From: Eubacteriales bacterium
GTDB taxonomy: Bacteria; Bacillota; Clostridia; Oscillospirales; CAG-272
NCBI GenBank assembly: GCA_045594605.1
Contig: JAZNYU010000152.1
Coordinates: 1 to 36,065, forward strand
Direction of reading: 5' to 3'
DNA length: 36,065 nt
A program made the position numbers and the translations under genes. The notes beneath the pieces were generated by a model. That model was given only the letters and a program-made list of their open reading frames with translations, made no database searches and was not told the origin of the DNA. Position 1 is the first letter of the stretch. Each line of letters opens with the position of its first letter. Shown piece after piece: positions 1-6,781 of the stretch.

Positions 1-55
1 TAACTTGTCTTCCTAAGACCGCTTGGCCTCCGACTTAATTGATGTTTTCAACACT

Positions 56-69
56 ATATCTTGTGGTTT
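56..69 (+). repeat. 14-bp sequence ATATCTTGTGGTTT, the exact reverse complement of 36050-36063
   Basis: Read directly. It abuts the att core on the host side. Its partner abuts the presumed right core on the phage side. Confidence 0.85.
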
Positions 70-95
70 ATTGGCGGAGAGAGAGGGATTCGAAC
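69..95 (-). repeat. att core: truncated 3' end of a tRNA gene (T-loop, 3' T-stem, acceptor 3' strand, G discriminator, CCA). Possibly tRNA-Ser.
   Basis: The minus strand reads GTTCGAATCCCTCTCTCTCCGCCAATA. The 5' half of the T-stem (needs GAGGG, found GAAAG) and the rest of the tRNA are absent, so this is a fragment. TATTG at 69-73 recurs as the last 5 nt of the window. Confidence 0.7.
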
Positions 96-207
96 TTTCT
101 TTATTAGTGTAAAATATGTTAAAACGGTATAAAAGCGTTATATTTTTTGTACCAAATGAGACATAGAAAAGAATTAGTTTGCAAAATGTGTAAATTACGT
201 GCAATCC

Positions 208-239
208 TATAAGGGGTACGATAAGGGGTATGAGGGGCA
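208..239 (+). repeat. Arm-type repeats: TAAGGGGTA x2 (210-218, 222-230) plus degenerate TGAGGGGCA (231-239)
   Basis: The same 9-mer in the same orientation recurs 3-4 times at 35964-36029 next to int. This is typical of integrase arm-binding sites. Confidence 0.6.
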
Positions 240-270
240 TAAAACAACCGCCCCCATTTATAGGGAGCGG
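238..270 (-). terminator. Intrinsic terminator ending the leftmost operon
   Basis: Minus strand: CCGCTCCC-TATAAAT-GGGGGCGG (one G-U pair) followed by TTGTTTTATG. It lies directly after the stop of CDS 293-742. Confidence 0.6.
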
Positions 271-292
271 CTGCAGTATTCAGTTTACTGCA

Positions 293-742
293 TCAGGCGT
301 TTTCTATGGACCTGATGCACTTTTGGATGCTCTCTTTTTCCTTGTCGCTTTCGGCGGTGTTCATCATCGAGTGCAGTTGCTTGAGCATTCTCTCTTTTCC
401 ACCTTCGCGGCTATAGCCACGAGATGCTCTTGAGGTGTATTGCCCCATTTGGTTCCTTCCTCGTCTGTAACTGTCGCCTCCTTCGTCATAGGAGCCGTCC
501 ATGTGATTGCTGTTGCCATCGTCACGGCTATACCGTCTTCTCTCGCTATATCCCGTGCCATCGCCATAAGATCCTCGAGAGCCTTTTTCGCCATCGAGCA
601 TTTCTATCTTGTGGATGTTCTTGATGGTGTCTGTGATCTTGTGAATAGTATCGAGGGAAGAAATGGAGAGTTCTCCTTTCTCTACGATGGATTCTAACTC
701 ATCGCAGAGCATTTCTTTTAGTTCATACATATAATCGTCCAT
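293..742 (-). CDS. Hypothetical protein with an R/S/Y/G/D-rich low-complexity core
   Basis: 149 aa. Helical ends flank ...GSYGDGTGYSERRRYSRDDGNSNHMDGSYDEGGDSYRRGRNQMGQYTSRASRGYSREGG... It starts 11 nt downstream of the previous gene. No family recognised. Confidence 0.6.
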   Translation of the reverse strand: MDDYMYELKEMLCDELESIVEKGELSISSLDTIHKITDTIKNIHKIEMLDGEKGSRGSYGDGTGYSERRRYSRDDGNSNHMDGSYDEGGDSYRRGRNQMGQYTSRASRGYSREGGKERMLKQLHSMMNTAESDKEKESIQKCIRSIENA

Positions 743-753
743 GTCTGCACCTC

Positions 754-1185
754 CTATGCTACTCTTTCAAAAATGATGTTTGCGTTTGTTACATCGATAG
801 CGGTGCCGTCGCTGTTGTTTCTGATCGCAACAGTAACACAGCAGTTGCAAGGAACGATAACAAACGTAGTGATGGAGACGTTGAAAAAGTCGCCGACTGC
901 CGCAGGCGTAACAACTGCCACGGCGTTGCCTACGATTTCTCCATCTTCCGAAAGGGCGACTGAAATGGGACCTACGGTGCCGCCCGTGGCAACGGCGATG
1001 TTTGCGTTAAATTCAACCTTATAGATTGTCTTGCAAACGTTGCTCGCGCCTTTAAGTCTGAAAATGCCGGAGTCTTCTCTGTGGGTGATATTCCCTTTGT
1101 TGCAAGCTCGACAGCCGTTGAAAAACAAAACGTTTTCGTCTTCCGCTACAGTTTGCAAAGCGGTGTATGAGTATTCTGCTGCCAT
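754..1185 (-). CDS. BclA/ExsF C-terminal-domain-like (C1q/TNF-like jelly-roll) protein, putative
   Basis: 143 aa and beta-rich. The pattern ...TIYKVEFNANIAV...LSEDGEIVGNA... and the C-terminus NANIIFERVA resemble my memory of the BclA CTD ending IIIEKVA. The similarity was not computed. Confidence 0.5.
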   Translation of the reverse strand: MAAEYSYTALQTVAEDENVLFFNGCRACNKGNITHREDSGIFRLKGASNVCKTIYKVEFNANIAVATGGTVGPISVALSEDGEIVGNAVAVVTPAAVGDFFNVSITTFVIVPCNCCVTVAIRNNSDGTAIDVTNANIIFERVA

Positions 1186-1301
1186 ATTATTTTTCCTTTC
1201 TTTTAATAGAATTGCGGTGGGGATATTGCCCCCACCGCTTGTTATCAGTATCTCACATTGGTGAGAACATTTCGCTCGGGGCGAAAAGTAGAATTATTCC
1301 G

Positions 1302-2000
1302 TTATGCGTTGAAGCCGTTACCGCCGCATCCGCCGAAGTTAAAGCCGATGGGGTTGTAGCAACAGTTGGGATTGGGGACAACGTAAGCAGGAACAGGGCA
1401 ATCTCTGCCAAGTCTGCGGATCAGCTCTGCGGTTTGCGCTTCCTGGTTAGCGGTGATAAACGCATTTTGTGCCGCCTGCGATGCTTGGAACTTGAGAGCT
1501 TGATTTTCTGCGGTAAGAGTACTGATCTTATCGTTTGTGAGGAAATCAAGGATTGCTCTTGTGTTGCTGTTTTGGTTGTCCACAATGTCACGGGTGGAGT
1601 TGTGGATTGCGTTGCGAGTTTCGCAGAACTGCGTTGCGAGGTTGTAGTTTGTATCTGCAAAGCCTCTCTCGATCAGTCGCTGTGTCTCGCAGCAACATCT
1701 GTCAACGCCGTGGAAACCGTTTACGATTGTGTTGTTGAGTGCATAAGTGGAATCGGCAAGCCCGTAGGTTTGGTTGTCCAATTTAGAGATCAGGGTTTGC
1801 TGATCCACAGCCGCTCTTACATCCGCCTGGGATGCGCAAGAGGGATAGCAGCCGCCACCGCCACCTACGCCGCCTCTGCCCCATCCAAACAGGGCAAAGA
1901 GGAACAAGATGGCAAGCCAGCTACCGTCGCCGCCAAACATACCGCCGTTATTGCCGGTTACAGCAGCGATATCGGCAGCGGAAAGTTCAGAAGAGTTCAT
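1302..2000 (-). CDS. Membrane-anchored Gly- and Cys-rich protein, function unknown
   Basis: 232 aa. The N-terminus has GG-rich segments around one TM helix (WLAILFLFALFGW). There are CxxxC, CCC and CC motifs plus a Q/N-rich coiled segment. It ends ...NPNCCYNPIGFNFGGCGGNGFNA. Confidence 0.6.
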   Translation of the reverse strand: MNSSELSAADIAAVTGNNGGMFGGDGSWLAILFLFALFGWGRGGVGGGGGCYPSCASQADVRAAVDQQTLISKLDNQTYGLADSTYALNNTIVNGFHGVDRCCCETQRLIERGFADTNYNLATQFCETRNAIHNSTRDIVDNQNSNTRAILDFLTNDKISTLTAENQALKFQASQAAQNAFITANQEAQTAELIRRLGRDCPVPAYVVPNPNCCYNPIGFNFGGCGGNGFNA

Positions 2001-2071
2001 AGTTAATTCCTTTCTTTTTTTAAATTATTTTATGTAAGCAAACACTTGTGCACCAGCGCTTGATTGCATAC

Positions 2072-2284
2072 TTATTTTGAGCCCATGATTTGTTGTGCCA
2101 TTGCGTGGAGTTGGTTGAACTGTTCTTGTGTCATTTCTCCACTGTTCAAAAGTCTTTGGACTTCTGATTTTGCATCACCGCGAAAACTGTTGCGGAATTG
2201 CTGAAATTGAGCCATAAAGCTGCTCATTTGTGGATTTTGAGGGAATGGCATCTGTGCGCCATTTTTGAGTAAAGGGTTACGCAT
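2072..2284 (-). CDS. Small Q-rich hypothetical protein
   Basis: 70 aa. It overlaps the upstream stop by 8 nt, which suggests translational coupling. No family recognised. Confidence 0.5.
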   Translation of the reverse strand: MRNPLLKNGAQMPFPQNPQMSSFMAQFQQFRNSFRGDAKSEVQRLLNSGEMTQEQFNQLHAMAQQIMGSK

Positions 2285-2678
2285 CGGTATCCTCCTTCTT
2301 TGTCAGAATAGACAATTTTTCTTCAAATTCTTTTCTTGTGATAAACATCGAAGTGTCAATAGCAGGCGGTTCTGCTTTTGGAACTGCCGTCTGCGTTCCT
2401 CGCTCAACGAAATCAAACACGCGCAGAGGCATTGGCATTCCGCTTTGGTCTGCCGATTTTAAGTAGAAAACGGGGCTTTCGCTATCCATCAGCATAACGG
2501 TTGTGCCGGGTGCTACCAAAAAGCTCTTTGCGCCCGATTCGCCCTGAACCCAAACAAAACCGTTATTGTTTTGTTGATTGGGAACAGGAGGTGCTTGTTG
2601 CATTCTTAACTGTGCGAGCTGATCAGGTACTCCCTGATTGTATTGTGGCTGATATCCACCATAATAGTTTCCGTACAT
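2277..2678 (-). CDS. Hypothetical protein with a Y/G/Q/N/P-rich N-terminus
   Basis: 133 aa. MYGNYYGGYQPQYNQG...QQAPPVPNQQNNN is followed by a compact beta-like domain (WVQGESGAKSFLVAPGTTVMLMDSESPVFYLKSADQSGMP). Confidence 0.6.
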   Translation of the reverse strand: MYGNYYGGYQPQYNQGVPDQLAQLRMQQAPPVPNQQNNNGFVWVQGESGAKSFLVAPGTTVMLMDSESPVFYLKSADQSGMPMPLRVFDFVERGTQTAVPKAEPPAIDTSMFITRKEFEEKLSILTKKEDTDA

Positions 2679-2681
2679 TCT

Positions 2682-3062
2682 TTATCCCTCCTTGTACCAA
2701 AAATAAACGGGTATTTCTCCACCGCTATCCCACGTGTCGAAGTAGTATCCATTGACAACGGCTACTACATGACCTGAAATCGCGAGTATATACGCTCCTT
2801 TAGGGTGTTCTCTGCAAAACTTTTCTACGGTATAATCGTCTGCATCATCAGGTATCAATGAACGTTTATATCCTTTGTTTCTTAGGTATGCGCCCCATAC
2901 TCTGTTAGCTGATGGCATATCGCTCATGATATAGCCGAACAAGCAGAGGTCTATATAGGTTTGCTCCCAATCTTGGCCGAGAACCTTTGATATTGCTCTT
3001 ACTGTGCAGTCACCGACTGTGTTGTTTACGGGGTTAGCATTGTAGCTTTGAAATCTGCTCAT
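2682..3062 (-). CDS. Papain-fold (CHAP/NlpC-P60-like) cysteine hydrolase, putative. The only endolysin-like candidate I can see.
   Basis: Candidate Cys-His-Asp triad: VGDCTVRAIS, ISGHVVAVVNG, FDTWDSG. I chose the ATG at 3062 because GAAAGGAAG lies 8 nt upstream. The track start at 3095 is less likely. Confidence 0.5.
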   Translation of the reverse strand: MSRFQSYNANPVNNTVGDCTVRAISKVLGQDWEQTYIDLCLFGYIMSDMPSANRVWGAYLRNKGYKRSLIPDDADDYTVEKFCREHPKGAYILAISGHVVAVVNGYYFDTWDSGGEIPVYFWYKEG

Positions 3063-3090
3063 TTGCATCACTTCCTTTCTGCCTCTATTG

Positions 3091-3132
3091 TACAAAAATA
3101 AGCACCCGTTTTACAGTAACAAAACGGGTGCT
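3091..3132 (-). terminator. Intrinsic terminator separating the membrane cassette from the left-end cargo operon
   Basis: 12-bp perfect stem AGCACCCGTTTT/AAAACGGGTGCT with an 8-nt loop. It is followed by TATTTTTG on the minus strand and TTTTCG on the plus strand. Confidence 0.75.
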
Positions 3133-3144
3133 TTTCGTGTACTA

Positions 3145-3360
3145 TTAGAGGTTGAAAAGTGCCTCTTTGTGGCTCTTTACTATCTTTTTCAACCTTTCAA
3201 CGGAAAGATAGAACTCCTCTGCCAAATCGTCATAGGAAATATCATCGATCCATCTTCTCTTTAAAATCTGTCTGTCCCTTTCGGAAAAGACACGTTGCTC
3301 GATAATTTCTGTGAGTTCACGGACTGTCAGTCCCATCTCCTGAAACTTTCTGCAATTCAT
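3145..3360 (-). CDS. Sigma-70 region-4-only HTH protein
   Basis: 71 aa. ERDRQILKRRWIDDISYDDLAEEFYLSVERLKKIV matches the region 4.2 pattern (L..RER.V..L....G.SY.EIA..LG.S..TVK..L). No regions 2 or 3 are present. Confidence 0.55.
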   Translation of the reverse strand: MNCRKFQEMGLTVRELTEIIEQRVFSERDRQILKRRWIDDISYDDLAEEFYLSVERLKKIVKSHKEALFNL

Positions 3361-4252
3361 TTTTTTGCCCTTTTTCGAGATTGTCTATCTTTGCATCGGC
3401 AAAGAACAGTTTTAAAATTTGGGATTGTGCGTTAATTCGGCGCGTGTCAATGGTGGTAACGTTCTTGTATCCGTTAGCCTCTCCCGTGAGGTACGCGGTC
3501 ACAACGGGGAACATGCGAATGAGCCACTGCAAGAATGTTTCAAGCGTAGGATCGCTCAAAATTTCAATCACGAACATTCCCAACACAAAGGTCAGGATAA
3601 ATTTTGAAGCGTAATTGATGATCATATCTTGCTTGCGCTTTTCTCCACCAGAGATGGGGAGAGCGCGGCGCTTGCCGAATAGGTTTGTTTGGTTGGATAG
3701 CCCCAACAGATTGTTTGCTGACAGTTCAAGGGGCATAACCGAGTTTGCAAGGAAAACTGCCTTCTTTGCATGCCAAGATAGGTCGCACTGGAATACCTTT
3801 CTTGATGTAAGATTTTTGTATTTTTCTGTGTACTCCTCATAGGTCATATAAGGACACACAATGCTTTTTTGAAGTTGTGTTAAGTCTTTTACTCTGTAAT
3901 CATTGCACCAATCGGAAAGGGTGTTGATAAGAGAGTGCGCAATGATAAAGTCGCGGACTTGCTCAAACGATGCCTTTGCCGTTTGGTATTCGGGGGTCTG
4001 TCTGCCCTTGTAGATGCCCCCGTCATATTTGAATTGATAGGTTGTAGTAGCAACCACATATAAGAGTATAGATAAGAAGCCGACACTAAATGCCTTGTTT
4101 ATGGAGAACCCTATATCCCAAAAGGATATGAATGCTGCGAGAATACACAATGCCAGGAGGGCAAAGTCCGTCCCTACGCTCACCAAGCGGTTTTGGTCAA
4201 TCTTGTGTTCGATTATGCGTTGCGGTTCTTCTTCAATTTTGGGAACAAACAT
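3317..4252 (-). CDS. Polytopic membrane protein, function unknown
   Basis: 311 aa. Two N-terminal and two C-terminal hydrophobic helices flank a soluble loop of about 120 aa. It sits 3 nt from the upstream gene. Confidence 0.65.
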   Translation of the reverse strand: MFVPKIEEEPQRIIEHKIDQNRLVSVGTDFALLALCILAAFISFWDIGFSINKAFSVGFLSILLYVVATTTYQFKYDGGIYKGRQTPEYQTAKASFEQVRDFIIAHSLINTLSDWCNDYRVKDLTQLQKSIVCPYMTYEEYTEKYKNLTSRKVFQCDLSWHAKKAVFLANSVMPLELSANNLLGLSNQTNLFGKRRALPISGGEKRKQDMIINYASKFILTFVLGMFVIEILSDPTLETFLQWLIRMFPVVTAYLTGEANGYKNVTTIDTRRINAQSQILKLFFADAKIDNLEKGQKNELQKVSGDGTDSP

Positions 4253-4255
4253 AAA

Positions 4256-4627
4256 TTACTCCTTTTCTTCTTCTTTTTTCTCTCCTTTGTCACGCGCCCA
4301 AAAGATGAACATTCCTGCAATGCTTGACACCGCGCCCACAAAAGAGATAACGAGGATTTGGTCAATGATGGATTTGAACGCAAAGCAGAACAAGCACACC
4401 AAGAGCCAAACAACGGGAGCGGACGGTGAAGAGATATGCTCCTTTACGATGCGGAAAAGAGGAATAATGCTGATAAGAATTAGAATAAGACTTAATCCTG
4501 AAACAGTCGCGCTTGAGGACTTTTCCACCCAAAGGGGGAAGTAACAGAGCGTTACCACGGCAGGGGGAGCGATGCAGAGCAACGCCCCCAACGCGGTAAG
4601 CCCGTTATATTTGAGCTTATTGTTCAT
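4256..4627 (-). CDS. Four-TM small membrane protein with a charged C-tail. Holin-like candidate.
   Basis: 123 aa. There are four hydrophobic segments and the C-terminus is RDKGEKKEEEKE. It overlaps the upstream gene by 11 nt. Confidence 0.5.
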   Translation of the reverse strand: MNNKLKYNGLTALGALLCIAPPAVVTLCYFPLWVEKSSSATVSGLSLILILISIIPLFRIVKEHISSPSAPVVWLLVCLFCFAFKSIIDQILVISFVGAVSSIAGMFIFWARDKGEKKEEEKE

Positions 4628-5327
4628 TCGTGGTCTCCTTCTTCATAAGGTCGCAGATTTCAACATACTTTTGACCGATGATGTTCTTGGTAGACATCGG
4701 GATAGTGGTGGAATTGGCGTAGGTGGTTTGGAGCATCTCTGCAAACAGTTTGACCGCCGCCATAGTGTTTTCAAGCTTTTTGCCGTAGCCCTCGAGCTTG
4801 TCCTTGTCGATTTGCTTAATCTCCTCAATTTGGCGGTTTACATCGTCCTTAAAGCCGTTGATGATACCGATAACACCACCCTCGCCCTCTACGGCGTTGA
4901 CAACATCGTTTGCGGCGGTGATAAGGTCATTGACCGACTTAACCGTGGTGTCCTTGGTGTTCTTCAAAGCGGTTACCATTTCAACCTTGTTCTTGCCACC
5001 AGACTTTTTAAGGATAGCGACAAAGACAAGGAGAACGGCATCAAATGCAAGGCTTGCAATAGATGTAATTTCGCCCTTTTCCCAAGCTTCCACAAGTCGG
5101 TCAAGCAAAGACACCGCCGTGTCCTCTTCGGGGCTTGTAGGGGCTTCTGTGGGGCTCTCCGTGGGTTCTGTAATATCCTCGGTGGGTGCGGTTTCCTCAG
5201 TAGGCGTTTCCGTAGTCTCTGTGGTGGTCTCTGTGGTGGTTTCGGGCAGATCCTCTGCGTGGATAGCAAGGGGAAAGACCGAAAGAACAAGGGTTACAAT
5301 AAGCAATGCCAAAAAAATGTTTTTCAT
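4617..5327 (-). CDS. Secreted or membrane protein with an acidic T/E/P-rich linker
   Basis: 236 aa. Signal peptide MKNIFLALLIVTLVLSVFPLAIHA. Low-complexity stretch ETTTETTTETTETPTEETAPTEDITEPTESPTEAPTSPEED. Possible TM (IASLAFDAVLLVFVAIL), then a helical C-domain. Confidence 0.6.
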   Translation of the reverse strand: MKNIFLALLIVTLVLSVFPLAIHAEDLPETTTETTTETTETPTEETAPTEDITEPTESPTEAPTSPEEDTAVSLLDRLVEAWEKGEITSIASLAFDAVLLVFVAILKKSGGKNKVEMVTALKNTKDTTVKSVNDLITAANDVVNAVEGEGGVIGIINGFKDDVNRQIEEIKQIDKDKLEGYGKKLENTMAAVKLFAEMLQTTYANSTTIPMSTKNIIGQKYVEICDLMKKETTNEQ

Positions 5328-5342
5328 AGTTTGTCTCCTTTT

Positions 5343-5747
5343 TTACTCGGTGCGATAGCCCGAAAGATTTTGAATTTGTTTTGCTTGCTCTTGAACGGCA
5401 GAGCAAAGGGTTTCGATGATGCGATAGAGGTTTTTAAGCTCTGCGCTATCCGTGCTGATGGTTTGAAAGAGCAGAATATCATCGGTGTCATCGTGGGCAT
5501 CGGTTGTGTTGAATTTCACCCCATAGGGGTAGTTTGGAGATGCCAAGCGGTATGTGTTACCCTTTGAGACGGGGACTGTGATGCCCCCATCTCTAACGAT
5601 AAAGTTTCCGCTCAATTTTCCGTTTGTGTAAATCTCCAATTTTTCGCCATCGTCAACACCAATGCACTTAATATTGAGGAATGGGGAACGCAGGCGTTTA
5701 CGCAGATTTTTGACAAGCAAAAATCTATCATAAAACAGAATTTCCAT
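5343..5747 (-). CDS. Hypothetical protein (beta-rich N-part, helical C-tail)
   Basis: 134 aa. It sits between the fibre genes and the membrane cassette. No family recognised. Confidence 0.55.
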   Translation of the reverse strand: MEILFYDRFLLVKNLRKRLRSPFLNIKCIGVDDGEKLEIYTNGKLSGNFIVRDGGITVPVSKGNTYRLASPNYPYGVKFNTTDAHDDTDDILLFQTISTDSAELKNLYRIIETLCSAVQEQAKQIQNLSGYRTE

Positions 5748-5790
5748 TGTGAAAACTTCCTTTCATTGAAATATCATATTCCTATAGCCC

Positions 5791-5943
5791 TTAAAATGCG
5801 CGCAGAAAAATAGCCAATTGTGCGAGATAAATAGCAATACACCCATACACCGTTATAGGGATAGCCATAAGCCATTTGGATTTGGGGTGTCGGTAGAGTA
5901 AATACGCAAGCACTATGTGTGCGATTATCCACATTGCAATCAT
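5791..5943 (-). CDS. Unannotated 50-aa two-TM membrane peptide (holin-like?)
   Basis: Below the ORF-track cutoff. Hand translation: MIAMWIIAHIVLAYLLYRHPKSKWLMAIPITVYGCIAIYLAQLAIFLRAF. The ATG is 4 nt after the TAA of gene 5948-6781. No clear RBS. Confidence 0.4.
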   Translation of the reverse strand: MIAMWIIAHIVLAYLLYRHPKSKWLMAIPITVYGCIAIYLAQLAIFLRAF

Positions 5944-5947
5944 ATGA

Positions 5948-6781
5948 TTATGACGGAATTTCAACAATGTTACTTACATCAGCAATTTCCGTCCATTCAC
6001 CGCTTTGTTTCAAATAAAGTTTTGCGGTAATAGGAAGAAAAACATATTGTGCATCGCTATTTGAGTAATAAGTGTGTGTGCCATCTGTCCAAATGCGAAA
6101 ACCATATTCTATATCAGCACTACCCCAATTCATTGTTAACCAAGTGTCGGTTTCTTTGTTAAGAACATATTGGTATGTGTTATACGAATAATAAATACTT
6201 GTTCCGTCTGTCCAAATCCATCTACCTTCAAAATTAGACACACCATTCCAAGTCTTTTCTTCCCAAGTGTCTGTTTCTTTATTAAGGACATAATTGTTAC
6301 CATTATACGAATAATAAATATTTGTGCCATCTGTCCAAATATACAAACCAGTGATGTCAGTAAAACCATTCCATTCCTTTTTTTCCCAAGTGTCTGTTTC
6401 CTTGTTAAGTACATAATGGCTATTACCACTGGAATAATAAATATTTGTTCCATCTTTCCAAATGTTACAGCCCCTAAAATATGTAAGACCATTCCAAGTT
6501 TTTGTTTCCCAAGTGTCGGTTTCTTTGTCGAGAACATACTGGGTGCTATCATCGGAAAGATAAATGTTTACACCATCTGTCCAAAAGTAAGCATTGTAAA
6601 TTGTTGGAATACCATTCCAAGTCTTTTCTTCCCAAGTGTCTGTTTCTTTGTCAAGAATTAAATGGGTGTATTGGTGGGAATAATAAATATTTGTTCCGTC
6701 TGTCCAAACATATTCACCATACCAAGGAGTGTCGCCATTCCAAGTCTTTTTCATAACACAAGGTGTTTTTATTCCTATCAT
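5948..6781 (-). CDS. Six-repeat (beta-propeller-like) protein, probable receptor-binding or fibre-associated
   Basis: 277 aa. Six tandem 41-aa units WNG........(I/F)WTDGTNIYYS.....YVLNKETDTWEEKT. It starts immediately after the stop of the upstream fibre gene. Confidence 0.65.
   Translation of the reverse strand: MIGIKTPCVMKKTWNGDTPWYGEYVWTDGTNIYYSHQYTHLILDKETDTWEEKTWNGIPTIYNAYFWTDGVNIYLSDDSTQYVLDKETDTWETKTWNGLTYFRGCNIWKDGTNIYYSSGNSHYVLNKETDTWEKKEWNGFTDITGLYIWTDGTNIYYSYNGNNYVLNKETDTWEEKTWNGVSNFEGRWIWTDGTSIYYSYNTYQYVLNKETDTWLTMNWGSADIEYGFRIWTDGTHTYYSNSDAQYVFLPITAKLYLKQSGEWTEIADVSNIVEIPS
6005..6742 (-). repeat. In-frame tandem repeat, 6 x 123 bp
   Basis: Recurrent ccaagtgtctgtttctt.. / ..ccatctgtccaaat.. 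blocks on the plus strand correspond to the DTWE and WTDGTNIYY motifs. Confidence 0.8.

Noticed and set aside
72-160. Possible intact tRNA gene on the minus strand.
   Set aside because: Only the 3' 24-27 nt are tRNA-like. The sequence where the 5' T-stem, anticodon arm and D-arm should be is AT-rich phage DNA that cannot pair.
13-240. 75-aa minus-strand ORF spanning the att region.
   Set aside because: It runs through the tRNA fragment and the AT-rich arm DNA. It has no RBS and a low-complexity translation.
1167-2006. Long plus-strand ORFs antisense to minus-strand genes: 1167-2006, 4572-5567, 8180-8806, 15532-16437, 18216-18968, 25063-25614, 27033-27743 and 28452-29081.
   Set aside because: These are shadow ORFs. 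They are Cys/Arg/Leu-rich with nonsense-like composition and no RBS. They fully overlap genes that have clear motifs and operon coupling on the other strand.
2026-2034. SigK-like -10 element (CATAAAATA on the minus strand) upstream of gene 1302-2000. If real, it would support sporulation-specific expression of the cargo operon.
   Set aside because: I could not find a matching AC -35 element at 16-17 nt spacing, and a single 9-mer in AT-rich DNA is weak evidence. It is mentioned only as something to test.
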